Source: Acidobacteriota bacterium
Lineage (GTDB): Bacteria > Acidobacteriota > UBA6911 > RPQK01 > JAJDTT01
NCBI GenBank assembly: GCA_965209055.1
Contig: OZ242374.1
Coordinates: 1-64,000, forward strand
Length of the DNA: 64,000 bases
Direction of reading: 5' to 3'
Positions 31,309 through 40,949 of the stretch are shown here, one piece after another (position 1 is the stretch's first letter; every line of letters begins with the position of its first letter). The translations under genes were made by a program, and so were the position numbers. A model generated the notes under the pieces. That model saw only the letters and a program-made list of their open reading frames with translations, ran no database searches and was not told the origin of the DNA.

Positions 31309-32377
31309 AGTGATTACGGTCGCAGGTGTCCTGCTGTTCGGTCCCCTCCACGGTCAGGACCAGGGAGTGTCGGGAGATCCGCCCCGGCCGCCGCAGCGGA
31401 AGCAACAGGCGCCGCCTCCCGAGCCGGTTCTCCTGGACGAGATCGTGGCCCGCGTCAACGACCAGATCATCACCCGCAGGGACCTGGACCACGAGCTGTA
31501 CGTCATCCAGTCCGAAGTCCGGAGCCGGATACAGGATCGGGAAAAGGCCATGCGGTTCTGGCAGACGCAAAAGCGGACGGTGCTGCGTGAAATGATCGAC
31601 ACGCGGCTGCTCCTGCAGAAGGCCGAGGAACTGGGCGTGGCCCCCAATGTGGACGATCACGTCTCGGCCCAGCTCGAAAATATGCGCAAGCAGAGTGGCA
31701 TTCCCAGCCTGGAAGCCATGGATCAGGCCATGCGCCGGCAAGGCATGAGCCTCGCTCAAATGCGGGAGAAGCTGAGGCAGAGAGCCATCCAGGAACGCCT
31801 GTTGGGGATCATGGTCTATTCCCGGGTCACGCTGCTGACGCCGGAGATCCACGAGTACTACGACCAGAACCGCGAGCAGTACACCGAGCCCGAGGAGGTG
31901 GAGTTGGCCGAGGTCCTGTTTCTCACCGAGGGCAAGGAGAAGGAGCAGGTCCGTTCCCAGGCTCAGGGGGTCCTGGACCGGCTGAAGGCGGGCGGCTCGT
32001 TCGAGGATTTGGCCAAGGAGCACTCGGAGGGCCCCACCGCCAATCGGGGAGGGTCCATCGGGGCCTTCAAGCGGGGGTCCATGCAGGCGGTTCAGGAGGC
32101 CGCCGTATCCAAGTTGAAAGAGGGGGAACACAGCGGCCTGATCGAGGCCGACTACGGTTTCCAGATCCTCAGGCTGTTGAAACGGAAACCGGCCCGGCAG
32201 TTGGAGCTGGAAACGGTACGGAACCACATTGAACAACAGCTCTTCACGAAGAAGGCCGCGCCCCAGCTCAAGAAGTACGTGGAGAGCCTTCGGGAGGAGA
32301 GCTTCATCTACGTCGATCCCAGTTACCTGAAGGATTTCGACGTGGAGGAACTGGGACTGACGACGATCGAATTTTAG
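31283..32377 (+). CDS. SurA-like peptidyl-prolyl isomerase/chaperone
   Basis: DEIVARVNDQIIT (SurA N-domain), FEDLAKEHSEGP..GGSIG..YGFQIL. Confidence 0.88.
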   Translation: MIMFPQRIRVITVAGVLLFGPLHGQDQGVSGDPPRPPQRKQQAPPPEPVLLDEIVARVNDQIITRRDLDHELYVIQSEVRSRIQDREKAMRFWQTQKRTVLREMIDTRLLLQKAEELGVAPNVDDHVSAQLENMRKQSGIPSLEAMDQAMRRQGMSLAQMREKLRQRAIQERLLGIMVYSRVTLLTPEIHEYYDQNREQYTEPEEVELAEVLFLTEGKEKEQVRSQAQGVLDRLKAGGSFEDLAKEHSEGPTANRGGSIGAFKRGSMQAVQEAAVSKLKEGEHSGLIEADYGFQILRLLKRKPARQLELETVRNHIEQQLFTKKAAPQLKKYVESLREESFIYVDPSYLKDFDVEELGLTTIEF

Positions 32378-32445
32378 GTCTTTGCAACGCCGCGTTCATC
32401 ACGCCTGCCGGCGGCGTCCGCCGCCCGTCCCGGCCGCTCTCGAAC

Positions 32446-33360
32446 TCAGAGCCCCGCCCGCTTCTCCGCTCTCCGTTTGAACACCCACGAGATGACGATG
32501 CTCACCAGGTAGAGCAGGACCATGGGGCCGCTCCAGAGGAACAGGTTGATGGCGTCCGTGGTGGGAGACACCACGGCCGCGACCATGACCATGAGGAGGA
32601 AGGCGTAGCGGAAGTTCCTCCAGAGAAAGCCGGGAGTGATGAGTCCGAACATGGAGAGGAAGGCCACGATCACCGGAAGCTGAAAAATGGCGCCCATGCC
32701 CAGAATGATGATCACCTCGAAATTGAAGTACTCGATGGCGGTGACCATGGGCTGGAAGGCTGCGCCGAACTGGTTGATCAGAAAATCCAGCGCCGTGGGG
32801 AGGATGATGTAGTAGGCGAAAGTGCCGCCCAGCAGGACCAGCGCCGTTGACGAGACCAGGAAGGGGATGATGTAGCGCTTCTCCCGCTGGTACAGGCCCG
32901 GAGCGATGAAGAGCCAGACCTGCGAGAGGATGGCCGGAGCGGCCAGGAAAACGGCCGCGACGAAGCAAACCTTCAGGTAGATCGTGAACGGTTCCGTCGG
33001 CTTGATATAGGTCAACTTCTCGATGCCGGCGTTCTTGATGGGTACGGACAGGAATTCGAAGATGGGCTCGCGGAAAACCCAGCAGCCGATGAAAGCGACC
33101 GCGACGGCGATCGCGCTCCAGAGAATGCGCTTTCGAAGCTCGTCCAGGTGCTCCAGAAAGGTCATCTTGGCGCCCAGTTCGTCCTCGTCGGGAGAATCCG
33201 GGTCGTCTTCGGCCTCTGCTGAGGCTACCGGCGTGGGAGGATCGGATGGAGGCGGGGAGGAACCGGAAGCGGGGACGATCTCCTGCCCGGCGTCTTCGGC
33301 CGCTTGAGACTCGGACGCGCTTGGGTCTTGGGGAGGAGCGGAACCCGGGGAGTCATTCAT
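32446..33360 (-). CDS. tatC: Twin-arginine translocase TatC
   Basis: MTFLEHLDELRKR, QVWLFIAPGLY, FQLPV, AAVVSP. Confidence 0.96.
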   Translation of the reverse strand: MNDSPGSAPPQDPSASESQAAEDAGQEIVPASGSSPPPSDPPTPVASAEAEDDPDSPDEDELGAKMTFLEHLDELRKRILWSAIAVAVAFIGCWVFREPIFEFLSVPIKNAGIEKLTYIKPTEPFTIYLKVCFVAAVFLAAPAILSQVWLFIAPGLYQREKRYIIPFLVSSTALVLLGGTFAYYIILPTALDFLINQFGAAFQPMVTAIEYFNFEVIIILGMGAIFQLPVIVAFLSMFGLITPGFLWRNFRYAFLLMVMVAAVVSPTTDAINLFLWSGPMVLLYLVSIVISWVFKRRAEKRAGL

Positions 33361-33402
33361 GAAAGACGGTCGATTGGCTGAGCGGGAGCCACCGGGAGTC
33401 GA

Positions 33403-33618
33403 TCATGACGATTCGATATCTCGCTGGATCTTCTTCAACTCTTCGCTCTCGGCTCGAACCTCGTCTTCCCAGGTCCGCTTCAACTCGTTGGAAGCCCGCT
33501 TGAATTCGGCCAGGCTCTTGCCCAGAGACTTCCCCAGATCGGGAAGCTTCCGAGGGCCAAAGATCACAAGAGCGATGATGAAGATGATCACCACTTCCTG
33601 AAAGCCCAGATTCCACAT
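33403..33618 (-). CDS. tatA: Twin-arginine translocase TatA/TatB family subunit
   Basis: LGFQEVVIIFIIALVIFGPRKLPDLGKSLGKSLAEFKR. Confidence 0.92.
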   Translation of the reverse strand: MWNLGFQEVVIIFIIALVIFGPRKLPDLGKSLGKSLAEFKRASNELKRTWEDEVRAESEELKKIQRDIESS

Positions 33619-33756
33619 AGTTGCCTCGTCTCGCTGAAGGAAAATAGTAAGTCACCGCGTCAAATCAAGTCAACCGGCAAGGACCCGCGCAGGCGCCGGG
33701 ACCGCCGTCATGAAGCCGTCCCGGGATGCGGACCGGGTCGGCGGCCGCGGCGACTT

Positions 33757-35505
33757 TTGCCACGGACACTAAATGTTATACTGCCCGGCAACCAGCGCCA
33801 TTCGGCGGTCTTGGGAAGATCTGGACGGAAAGGGCTCGGAAACTTGGACTACTCTGGAGACCGGTCGAACAAGGGGCTGGGTATTTTTCTGGTCCTGGCG
33901 ATCCTGGTCGTCACCCTCCTCGGTGGCTGGCTGGGAGAGAAGGTCAGCGCCGGCGCACCGCTCGAAGAAGATACCCACAGGCTGCTGAAGGCCTTCACGG
34001 CCACGTTGGATCGTATCCACTCGGACTACGCCCGCGAGGTGGATGGGGACCGCCTGATCGAAAGTTCCATTCGCGGTCTTCTGCGATCCCTCGATCCCCA
34101 CAGTTCGTTTTTCTCCCGGGCCGACTACAGCAAGCTCCAGGAAGAACAGAAGGGCAAATACTACGGGCTGGGGATCAGCATCAAGGCGGAATCCCCGGGG
34201 AGCGGACGCGTGGTGGTGGAAAAACCTCCCTCCGTCGGCACGCCGGCCTACAAGGCGGGCATCCAGGTCGGCGACGTGATCTCCAAAATCCGAGGCGAAT
34301 CGATCGAGGACTGGGACCTTCTGGAAGAGGTCATCCCCAACCTGAAGGGTCCCAAGGGGACCACGGTCCAGATCACCATCGAGCGTCCCGGAGTCCCGGA
34401 ACCGATCGAAATGACCGTGGAACGGGACGAGATCCCCATGTACACGATCGAGTTCGCGTTCTACCTCCCGAACGAGATCGGCTATGTGAAGATCAAGAAG
34501 TTCTCCGAGACCACGGGTGAGGAACTGAACGAAGCGCTGAAGCGGCTGGACGAATCCAGGCTCCAGGCCTTGATCCTGGATCTGCGCGACAATCCCGGCG
34601 GCGCCCTCAACCAGGCGATCCAGGTTGCCGACCGGTTTCTCTCCAAGGGACAACTGGTGGTCCGGACTCGAATGCGAAAGGGAAGAGGCCACGAATACGT
34701 GGCGCCCAAGGGTCGCGATCATGTCTATCCCATGGTCGTCCTCATCGACCGCAACAGCGCCAGCGCCAGTGAAATCGTGGCCGGCGCGCTGCAGGACCAT
34801 GACCGCGCCCTGATCGTGGGCGAGACCAGCTTCGGCAAGGCCCTGGTCCAGACCATCTATCCATTGGAGCAGAACCGGGGCCTGGCCCTGACCACCGGCA
34901 AGTACTACACCCCGAGCGACCGGCTCATCCAGCGCAGCTATTCGGACAGCTTTTACGAGTACTTTTCGGGCCGGCGCGATAGTTCTTCGTCGGAACGGAC
35001 CGAGCACAAGACCGACAGCGGGAGGCCCGTCTACGGTGGAGGCGGCATCACTCCGGATGAGGAGGTTTCCCGGCCGGCGCATCCCAAGATCGTGCGTCAA
35101 CTGGGCCTCAAGGGCATTTTCCGTCAGTTCGTGGAAAAGCTGTCCCAGGGGGATCTCGATCCCAAATATCGTTTCCCCAGGCAGTTGGAACGGTGGAACG
35201 ATCTTGCGGAAGCGGAGAAAGACCGGCTTCGGCAGCAGCATCGGGTGACCGACAAGATTCTCAACCGTTTCCGGCAATATCTCGACGACGAGAAGATCGT
35301 CTACAATCACGCCGATTTCGACGACAACCGGCAACTGATCAAGACCCTTCTGGAACAGCAGCTCATGACTCGGGTCCTGAGTGAGGAAGAAGGCCAGAGG
35401 GTCCGATTGAGCATCGACAAGATGCTGCGAAGGGCCATCGAGCTCCTTCCCCGGGCGAAATCTCTCTTCGACAACGTCGTCGCCCTCAAGCAGAGCGATA
35501 CCTAG
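33757..35505 (+). CDS. S41 family C-terminal processing peptidase (PDZ)
   Basis: LDPHS, DLRDNPGG, SASASEIVAGALQD, GETSFGK. Start uncertain. Confidence 0.93.
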   Translation: MPRTLNVILPGNQRHSAVLGRSGRKGLGNLDYSGDRSNKGLGIFLVLAILVVTLLGGWLGEKVSAGAPLEEDTHRLLKAFTATLDRIHSDYAREVDGDRLIESSIRGLLRSLDPHSSFFSRADYSKLQEEQKGKYYGLGISIKAESPGSGRVVVEKPPSVGTPAYKAGIQVGDVISKIRGESIEDWDLLEEVIPNLKGPKGTTVQITIERPGVPEPIEMTVERDEIPMYTIEFAFYLPNEIGYVKIKKFSETTGEELNEALKRLDESRLQALILDLRDNPGGALNQAIQVADRFLSKGQLVVRTRMRKGRGHEYVAPKGRDHVYPMVVLIDRNSASASEIVAGALQDHDRALIVGETSFGKALVQTIYPLEQNRGLALTTGKYYTPSDRLIQRSYSDSFYEYFSGRRDSSSSERTEHKTDSGRPVYGGGGITPDEEVSRPAHPKIVRQLGLKGIFRQFVEKLSQGDLDPKYRFPRQLERWNDLAEAEKDRLRQQHRVTDKILNRFRQYLDDEKIVYNHADFDDNRQLIKTLLEQQLMTRVLSEEEGQRVRLSIDKMLRRAIELLPRAKSLFDNVVALKQSDT

Positions 35506-35513
35506 AGATCGAA

Positions 35514-37259
35514 ATGGCTCGGCCGGAAGCTGGAACAGACCGGGAATGGTTTTCTGCGCGGAATTTTGAGCCTTCCCCCCGGCAGGGGCGCGCATTTCGA
35601 CGATACTTGATCCGGAACGTTGCTGCCCTGGCCGCCGTGGCCCTGCTTTCCGGCTGTAGTTCCCAGCGTCGAGTCACCGTTCCCGATCCCACCGGCAGTT
35701 CACCGGTAGCCGCAGATCGCCCGGCCGCCCATACCGCAGACGAGGCGCCGGAGCCGGATCCGGAGATCCAACGGAAGCTGGCCGAGAATCGCGTGAGGGA
35801 GCGGATCCAGTCTTCCAGGGAGCTCTACCGGGAGGGAGAGTCGCTGTTCAACCAGGGACAGCAGGACGGCGGCGGCTACTTCGAGAGAGCGCTGGATCAA
35901 CTGCGCGAGCCCGCCGCGTCGCCCCTTCTGAACGGTCAATTGGAACAGGCGTATTTCTCCCTGTTGGGCAGGATCGAGGATCTGCGGCTGGATGACCTGG
36001 ACAGCGTCCCCGATGAGGACAGTTCCATCGAATGGCTGGCCAACCGCAACGTCTTCACCATTCGGGTGGACCCGAAGTTGAAGCATCTGGCCAGCGAGGA
36101 CCTGCTCACGTCGCAATTCGACGTCCCCGTGGTCCTCAATGAACGGGTGCTCCGATTCCTGACCTACTACCGGACGCGCGGACGGGTCTTCATGGAGCGG
36201 GGGCTGCAGCGGTCGGGCCGTTACCTGGAAATGTTCAAGGCGGTGTTCCGCCAAGAGGGGGTCCCCCTGGATCTGGTCTACCTGGCCCACATCGAGAGCC
36301 TCTTCCGGCCCCAGGCGCTGTCGAGGGCGCGGGCAAAAGGCATCTGGCAGTTCATCCGGGGAACCGGACGCCTGTACGGCCTCAGGCAGGACTGGTGGAT
36401 CGACGAACGTTCCGACATCCTGAAATCCACCGTTGCCGCCGCCCGGTATCTGAAACACCTCTACGGCGAGTTCGGGGACTGGTATCTGGCCATGGCCGGA
36501 TACAACTGCGGTCCCCGGAGAATCGAGCGCAATCTGCGGCGCTACGGGCGCATCGACTACTGGGAGATGGCCCGGCGGCGCCTTCTGCCCCGGGAGACCA
36601 GGAATTACGTGCCCTCCTACCTGGCGGCCGCCATCATTTTCAAGAATCCGGCCCGGTACGGCTTCCACGTCGAACGTGACCCGGAGCTGAGATTCGAAAT
36701 GGTTCCCATGGAGCACCAGGTGGATCTGGATACGCTGGCCGAACTCATGGAGGTCCCGGCCCAACTGCTGGACGACCTCAATCCGGAGCTGAGGAGGCGA
36801 GTGACCCCCCACAAGCTCCCTGGCTATCGGATGAAGGTGCCGGTCGGCATGGGAGCGATGGTTCAGGAAAAGGTGGCCCAGCTTCCACCCGAGAAAAGGA
36901 TCCGGCTCAGCCACCACCAGGTCCGCAAGGGAGAGACACTGTCGCTGATCGCCCGCCGTTACTCCACGTCGATTCAGGCCATCGCTCAGGCCAATCGGCT
37001 CCGCAACATCCATCGGCTCCGGATCGGACAGGAGCTGGCCATTCCACTGTTCCCTTCCGCCAGGACCGGCGCGGCTCGAAGAGGGGGTTCGGCGGTCCGC
37101 CGTTCCGATTCGTCGGGGCCGCACGTCGTCAGCCGCGGCGACACGCTCTACGCCATCGCCCGCGCTTATGGCGTGAAACTCAAGGACCTGCTCCGCTGGA
37201 ACAATCTGAGTCCGAGGCAGCGGATCTTTCCGGGTCAGAAGATCCTGGTTTCACCGTAG
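35514..37259 (+). CDS. MltD-like lytic transglycosylase with two LysM domains (lipoprotein)
   Basis: Lipobox LLSGC, IES catalytic motif, AKGIWQF, GYNCG, ETRNYVP, two LysM domains. Confidence 0.92.
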   Translation: MARPEAGTDREWFSARNFEPSPRQGRAFRRYLIRNVAALAAVALLSGCSSQRRVTVPDPTGSSPVAADRPAAHTADEAPEPDPEIQRKLAENRVRERIQSSRELYREGESLFNQGQQDGGGYFERALDQLREPAASPLLNGQLEQAYFSLLGRIEDLRLDDLDSVPDEDSSIEWLANRNVFTIRVDPKLKHLASEDLLTSQFDVPVVLNERVLRFLTYYRTRGRVFMERGLQRSGRYLEMFKAVFRQEGVPLDLVYLAHIESLFRPQALSRARAKGIWQFIRGTGRLYGLRQDWWIDERSDILKSTVAAARYLKHLYGEFGDWYLAMAGYNCGPRRIERNLRRYGRIDYWEMARRRLLPRETRNYVPSYLAAAIIFKNPARYGFHVERDPELRFEMVPMEHQVDLDTLAELMEVPAQLLDDLNPELRRRVTPHKLPGYRMKVPVGMGAMVQEKVAQLPPEKRIRLSHHQVRKGETLSLIARRYSTSIQAIAQANRLRNIHRLRIGQELAIPLFPSARTGAARRGGSAVRRSDSSGPHVVSRGDTLYAIARAYGVKLKDLLRWNNLSPRQRIFPGQKILVSP

Positions 37260-37261
37260 GT

Positions 37262-37312
37262 AGGAGGGGGGACATTCCTGTCCCCCATTGGAGAGGCGGT
37301 TTTCCTACCGCC
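37262..37312. repeat. REP-like palindromes (copy 2 plus a second hairpin)
   Basis: GGAG-GGGGGACATTCCTGTCCCCC and GGAG-A-GGCGGT-TTTCCT-ACCGCC, between convergent genes. Confidence 0.55.
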
Positions 37313-37366
37313 CGTCTTCATCGTTGTTGTGCGAGTCGGTAGGGGAGAAGCGTAGAGGTGGAGAAG

Positions 37367-38566
37367 TCATCTTTCGTCGCGGACCAGCTTCTCGGTCTCG
37401 CGGGCGATGACCAGTTCCTCGTTGGCCAGGATCACCAGAACCTGGGCCGGGGATCCGGGTGCGGAGATGCATCCCTCGCGGCCCCGGGAGTCGTTGGCGC
37501 CAGGGTCCAGGCGGATTCCCAGGAACTCCAACCCGCGACAGATCTTGCGGCGGATGGCGATGCCGTTTTCTCCGATGCCGCCGGTGAACACGAGGGCGTC
37601 GAGTCCCCCCAGCACCGCCGCGTAGGCGCCGATGTACTTGCGGGTCTCGTGCACCATCACATCCAGGGCCAGCGCGGCTCTCGAGTGTCCCTGTCCTGCC
37701 GCTTCCTCCAGGTCCCGCACATCGCCGCTCACCCCGGAGATTCCCTTGAGGCCGCCGTCCTTCACCAGCCGGTCCCGCAGTTGGGCAGGGGTGAGTTTCT
37801 CCTTGTCCAGGAGATAGAGAAGCACGAACGGGTCAAGATCGCCGTTTCTGGTGGCGTTGGGCAGACCGGACTGGGGAGAGAAGCCCATGCTGGTCTCCAC
37901 CGAGACGCCCCCTTTGAGGGCGCAGACGCTGGAGCTGCCCCCGAGGTGACAGGAGACGATGCGCAGCTCGCGATCCGGATTTCCCAGTAGTTCCGGCGCC
38001 CGCAGGGAGACATAGCGATGGGACGCTCCGTGGAAGCCGTAGCGGCGAATGGCGTGCCTCCGGGACCATTCGTAAGGAATGCCGTAGGTTCGGGCGGGCT
38101 CGGGGATGGTCTTGTGGAACGCGGGCTCGAAGACACCCACAAGCGGTTTCTCAGGCAGTATTTCCTGGAATATCCGAAACGCCTGGATGTACGGCGGATT
38201 GTGAGCCGGCGCCAGAGGCGTGTACTCCTCCATGGCGGCGATGATCTGATCCGTGATGAAGACCGAATCGGCGATCCCCTTGGCATGGACCGGTTTGAAT
38301 CCCACGGCGTCCAGTTCTTCCAAGCTGTTCAGGACCCCGGTTTCCGGGTCGGTCAACAGCTTGAGAGCGTGGTCGACGGCCGCTCGCTGGTCGGGACACT
38401 TCAGTTTCCCCTTCAGCTCCGGTTCCCGGCCGCGCCGATAGTTGAAGGGAGAGGACCGGCTGCCCACCCGCTCCATCCTCCCGGCGGCCAGGATCTCTTC
38501 ATCCTCCATTCGGAAGAGGCGGAACTTGAGGGATGTGGACCCGACGTTGACGACCAGAACCTGCAT
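37367..38566 (-). CDS. ackA: Acetate/propionate family kinase
   Basis: NVGSTSLKF, APAHNP, RRYGFHGASH, CHLGGSSS, FTGGIGEN, ANEE. Confidence 0.9.
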   Translation of the reverse strand: MQVLVVNVGSTSLKFRLFRMEDEEILAAGRMERVGSRSSPFNYRRGREPELKGKLKCPDQRAAVDHALKLLTDPETGVLNSLEELDAVGFKPVHAKGIADSVFITDQIIAAMEEYTPLAPAHNPPYIQAFRIFQEILPEKPLVGVFEPAFHKTIPEPARTYGIPYEWSRRHAIRRYGFHGASHRYVSLRAPELLGNPDRELRIVSCHLGGSSSVCALKGGVSVETSMGFSPQSGLPNATRNGDLDPFVLLYLLDKEKLTPAQLRDRLVKDGGLKGISGVSGDVRDLEEAAGQGHSRAALALDVMVHETRKYIGAYAAVLGGLDALVFTGGIGENGIAIRRKICRGLEFLGIRLDPGANDSRGREGCISAPGSPAQVLVILANEELVIARETEKLVRDER

Positions 38567-38585
38567 GGCGGGAGTCCGATCCCGG

Positions 38586-39497
38586 TCAGCCGGCGGCGTA
38601 TTGGGCGACCAGCCGACCGATGGCGATGGAACGTATCTTGGTTTCCGGAGTTTCGGCCCGGGAGAGAAGTATCAAGGGGACCTTGGCCCCGACCACGATT
38701 CCACCCGATTCCCCGCCGGCCATGTAGAGAATGGCCCGGTAGAGAATGTTCGCGGCTTCGATGTCGGGAGCGATGAAGATGTCCGTGTTCTCGACCAGAG
38801 GAGTCTCGATCCCCTTGCGGTCGGCCGCAAACCGGCTCATGGGGACGTCCAGGGCGATGGGACCCTCCAGGTAGGCGCCCGTCAACTGGCCTCTCCGGTT
38901 CATCATGGTCAGAGCCGCCGCGTCCACCGTGGCCGGCATGGCGGGGTTGACGAACTCCAGAGCGCAGAGGAGCGCAACGTTGGGCTCCTCGATGCCCAGG
39001 GCGTGGGCGACGTGAATGGCGTTGCGGCAGATCTCCGCTTTTTGGGCCAGTTCGGGGGCCAGGTTGATGGCGGCGTCGGTCATGATCATGAGACGGTCGA
39101 TCCCGGGCACCTGAAAGACGATGACCTGGCTCAACTGGCGGCCGGTCCGGAGGCCCTTCTCCCGGTTCAGGACCGCGCGAATCAGCACGGAGGTGTTGAT
39201 CTTCCCCTTCATCAGGAGATCTGCGGCACCCTCCCGAACCAGCCCAATGGCCTGGAGGGCCGCCGCGCTCTCATCCGGTTGGTGGATCAATTGTCCGGAG
39301 CCGAGGCGGAGTCCGGCGGCCGACGCCGCGGGCTCGATCTTTTTCCGATCGCCCACCAGCACTGCCTCGGCCAGGCCCATCTCGCGAGCCAACTGGAGCG
39401 ACTCGATGACGTCCGGGTCGTGGCCCGCGGCCACGGCGATCCGCGCCGGACCCAGTGCGATGGCGGCCTCGACCAGAGCATCCAGGTTACGAAACAT
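38586..39497 (-). CDS. Phosphate acetyl/butyryltransferase family protein
   Basis: LLMKG, TDAAINLAP, EGPIALD, PDIEAANIL, VGAKVPLILLSRA. Confidence 0.88.
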   Translation of the reverse strand: MFRNLDALVEAAIALGPARIAVAAGHDPDVIESLQLAREMGLAEAVLVGDRKKIEPAASAAGLRLGSGQLIHQPDESAAALQAIGLVREGAADLLMKGKINTSVLIRAVLNREKGLRTGRQLSQVIVFQVPGIDRLMIMTDAAINLAPELAQKAEICRNAIHVAHALGIEEPNVALLCALEFVNPAMPATVDAAALTMMNRRGQLTGAYLEGPIALDVPMSRFAADRKGIETPLVENTDIFIAPDIEAANILYRAILYMAGGESGGIVVGAKVPLILLSRAETPETKIRSIAIGRLVAQYAAG

Positions 39498-39550
39498 CTT
39501 TCACTGCTCCTCCGTTTGATTCCGGACCCGGGTGGAATTCCGGCGGCGCT

Positions 39551-40771
39551 TCAGGATCCCAGCACCTCGCCGGCGATGGAATCGAACTCCTCGTCCGTCA
39601 GCAGCGCCTTGTTCCGGATCGAGACCTGCTTGACGCGATCCACGATCTCCTTGGTCTGTTCGGCGTCGGCGCTCAAGCCCCGGGCTTCCAGGACCTCTTC
39701 CACGTTGGCCAGGCCGGCGCCCTTGCCCAGGGCGATCTCGACGCCGGGACGGCCGACCACCTGGGGAAGAAAAGGAATGTACTCCAAGGGCTCCACGTTC
39801 TTGCAGCGCCGGTGGAACATGGCCACGATGCCCGATTCGATCTTGTACAGGGAATCGCCGACGATGGGCCGGTTGGGCGGCAGTTGGACGTTGGACAGTC
39901 TCTGCACCAGCTTGGAGAGTTCGTAGAATCCCTCCGTTCTCACGCCGACATCGACACCGTAGAGCACCTTCAGGGCCATGACCGTGTCCTCCAGGGGCAC
40001 GTTTCCGGCCCTTTCCCCAAGGGCCGACACGGTGACGTGGGCCACCGAAGCTCCGTTGGAGAGAGCGGCGATGGTGTTGGCGACGCCGAGGCCGAAATCC
40101 TCATGGCAATGGATCTCGATGGGCTGATTGAAACGGGCCTTGAGCTTCTTGAGCACCATGGCGATCCCCTCCGGAGAGCAGGCGCCGAAGGAGTCGGCCA
40201 GGGTCAGGGCGTCCATGTGCCCTTCGGTGGAGACCCGCTCGATCAGGTCCATGTAGCGGTCCAGGTCCGAACGGGTGCTGTCGATGGTGAAGAAGACGGT
40301 GTAGAGTCCTGCCTCCTTGGCGGCCAGGGTGGTGTCGATGGAGGCCTTGACCGCCCAGTCCATGTCCTTGCCGTAGGCGTTGGCGATGATGTGATCGCTG
40401 GAGGGGATTTCGGTGATGATCCCGTGGACACCGCAGTCCTTGGCCTGCTTGACGTCCGCAGGCATGCAGCGGGCGAAAGAGAAGATCTCCGAATCCAGGC
40501 CCAGGGCGACGATGTCCTTGATGGCCGCCTCGTCTTCGTCGGAGACGGCCGGCATGCCGGCCTCGATTCGATGGACGCCGGCTGCCGCCAGCTTCTTGGC
40601 GATGGCCACCTTCTCGTCCCGCCGGAACACGATTCCCGTCTGCTGCTCGCCATCGCGGAGGGTCACGTCGTGAATGCGGATCTGGTCGGGAAAGTTGAGA
40701 TCCTGACGGGCTTCCTGCGAGAAATTCCAGGGGCTGGCAAACCAGTTGTCCGTTTTCCACTCTTGAGTCAT
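39551..40771 (-). CDS. DRE-TIM metallolyase, LeuA/homocitrate/citramalate synthase family
   Basis: DVTLRDGEQ, HCHEDFG, LGERAGN; no LeuA C-terminal regulatory domain. Confidence 0.85.
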   Translation of the reverse strand: MTQEWKTDNWFASPWNFSQEARQDLNFPDQIRIHDVTLRDGEQQTGIVFRRDEKVAIAKKLAAAGVHRIEAGMPAVSDEDEAAIKDIVALGLDSEIFSFARCMPADVKQAKDCGVHGIITEIPSSDHIIANAYGKDMDWAVKASIDTTLAAKEAGLYTVFFTIDSTRSDLDRYMDLIERVSTEGHMDALTLADSFGACSPEGIAMVLKKLKARFNQPIEIHCHEDFGLGVANTIAALSNGASVAHVTVSALGERAGNVPLEDTVMALKVLYGVDVGVRTEGFYELSKLVQRLSNVQLPPNRPIVGDSLYKIESGIVAMFHRRCKNVEPLEYIPFLPQVVGRPGVEIALGKGAGLANVEEVLEARGLSADAEQTKEIVDRVKQVSIRNKALLTDEEFDSIAGEVLGS

Positions 40772-40949
40772 GCGAAGTTCCTCCCGGACGAGACACAGGG
40801 AACGAGCCCTGAAACGTTACTGTTCGGTTGCTCGAAGTACGGGACGGCGCCGATTGCGTACGAGTATCCGGGCCGACCTCCGTCTCGAAAGAGCATGTAT
40901 CATAGCATGGACAAAAGGCGAGGGAAGTCGAGGAGACAAACACGGGGAA

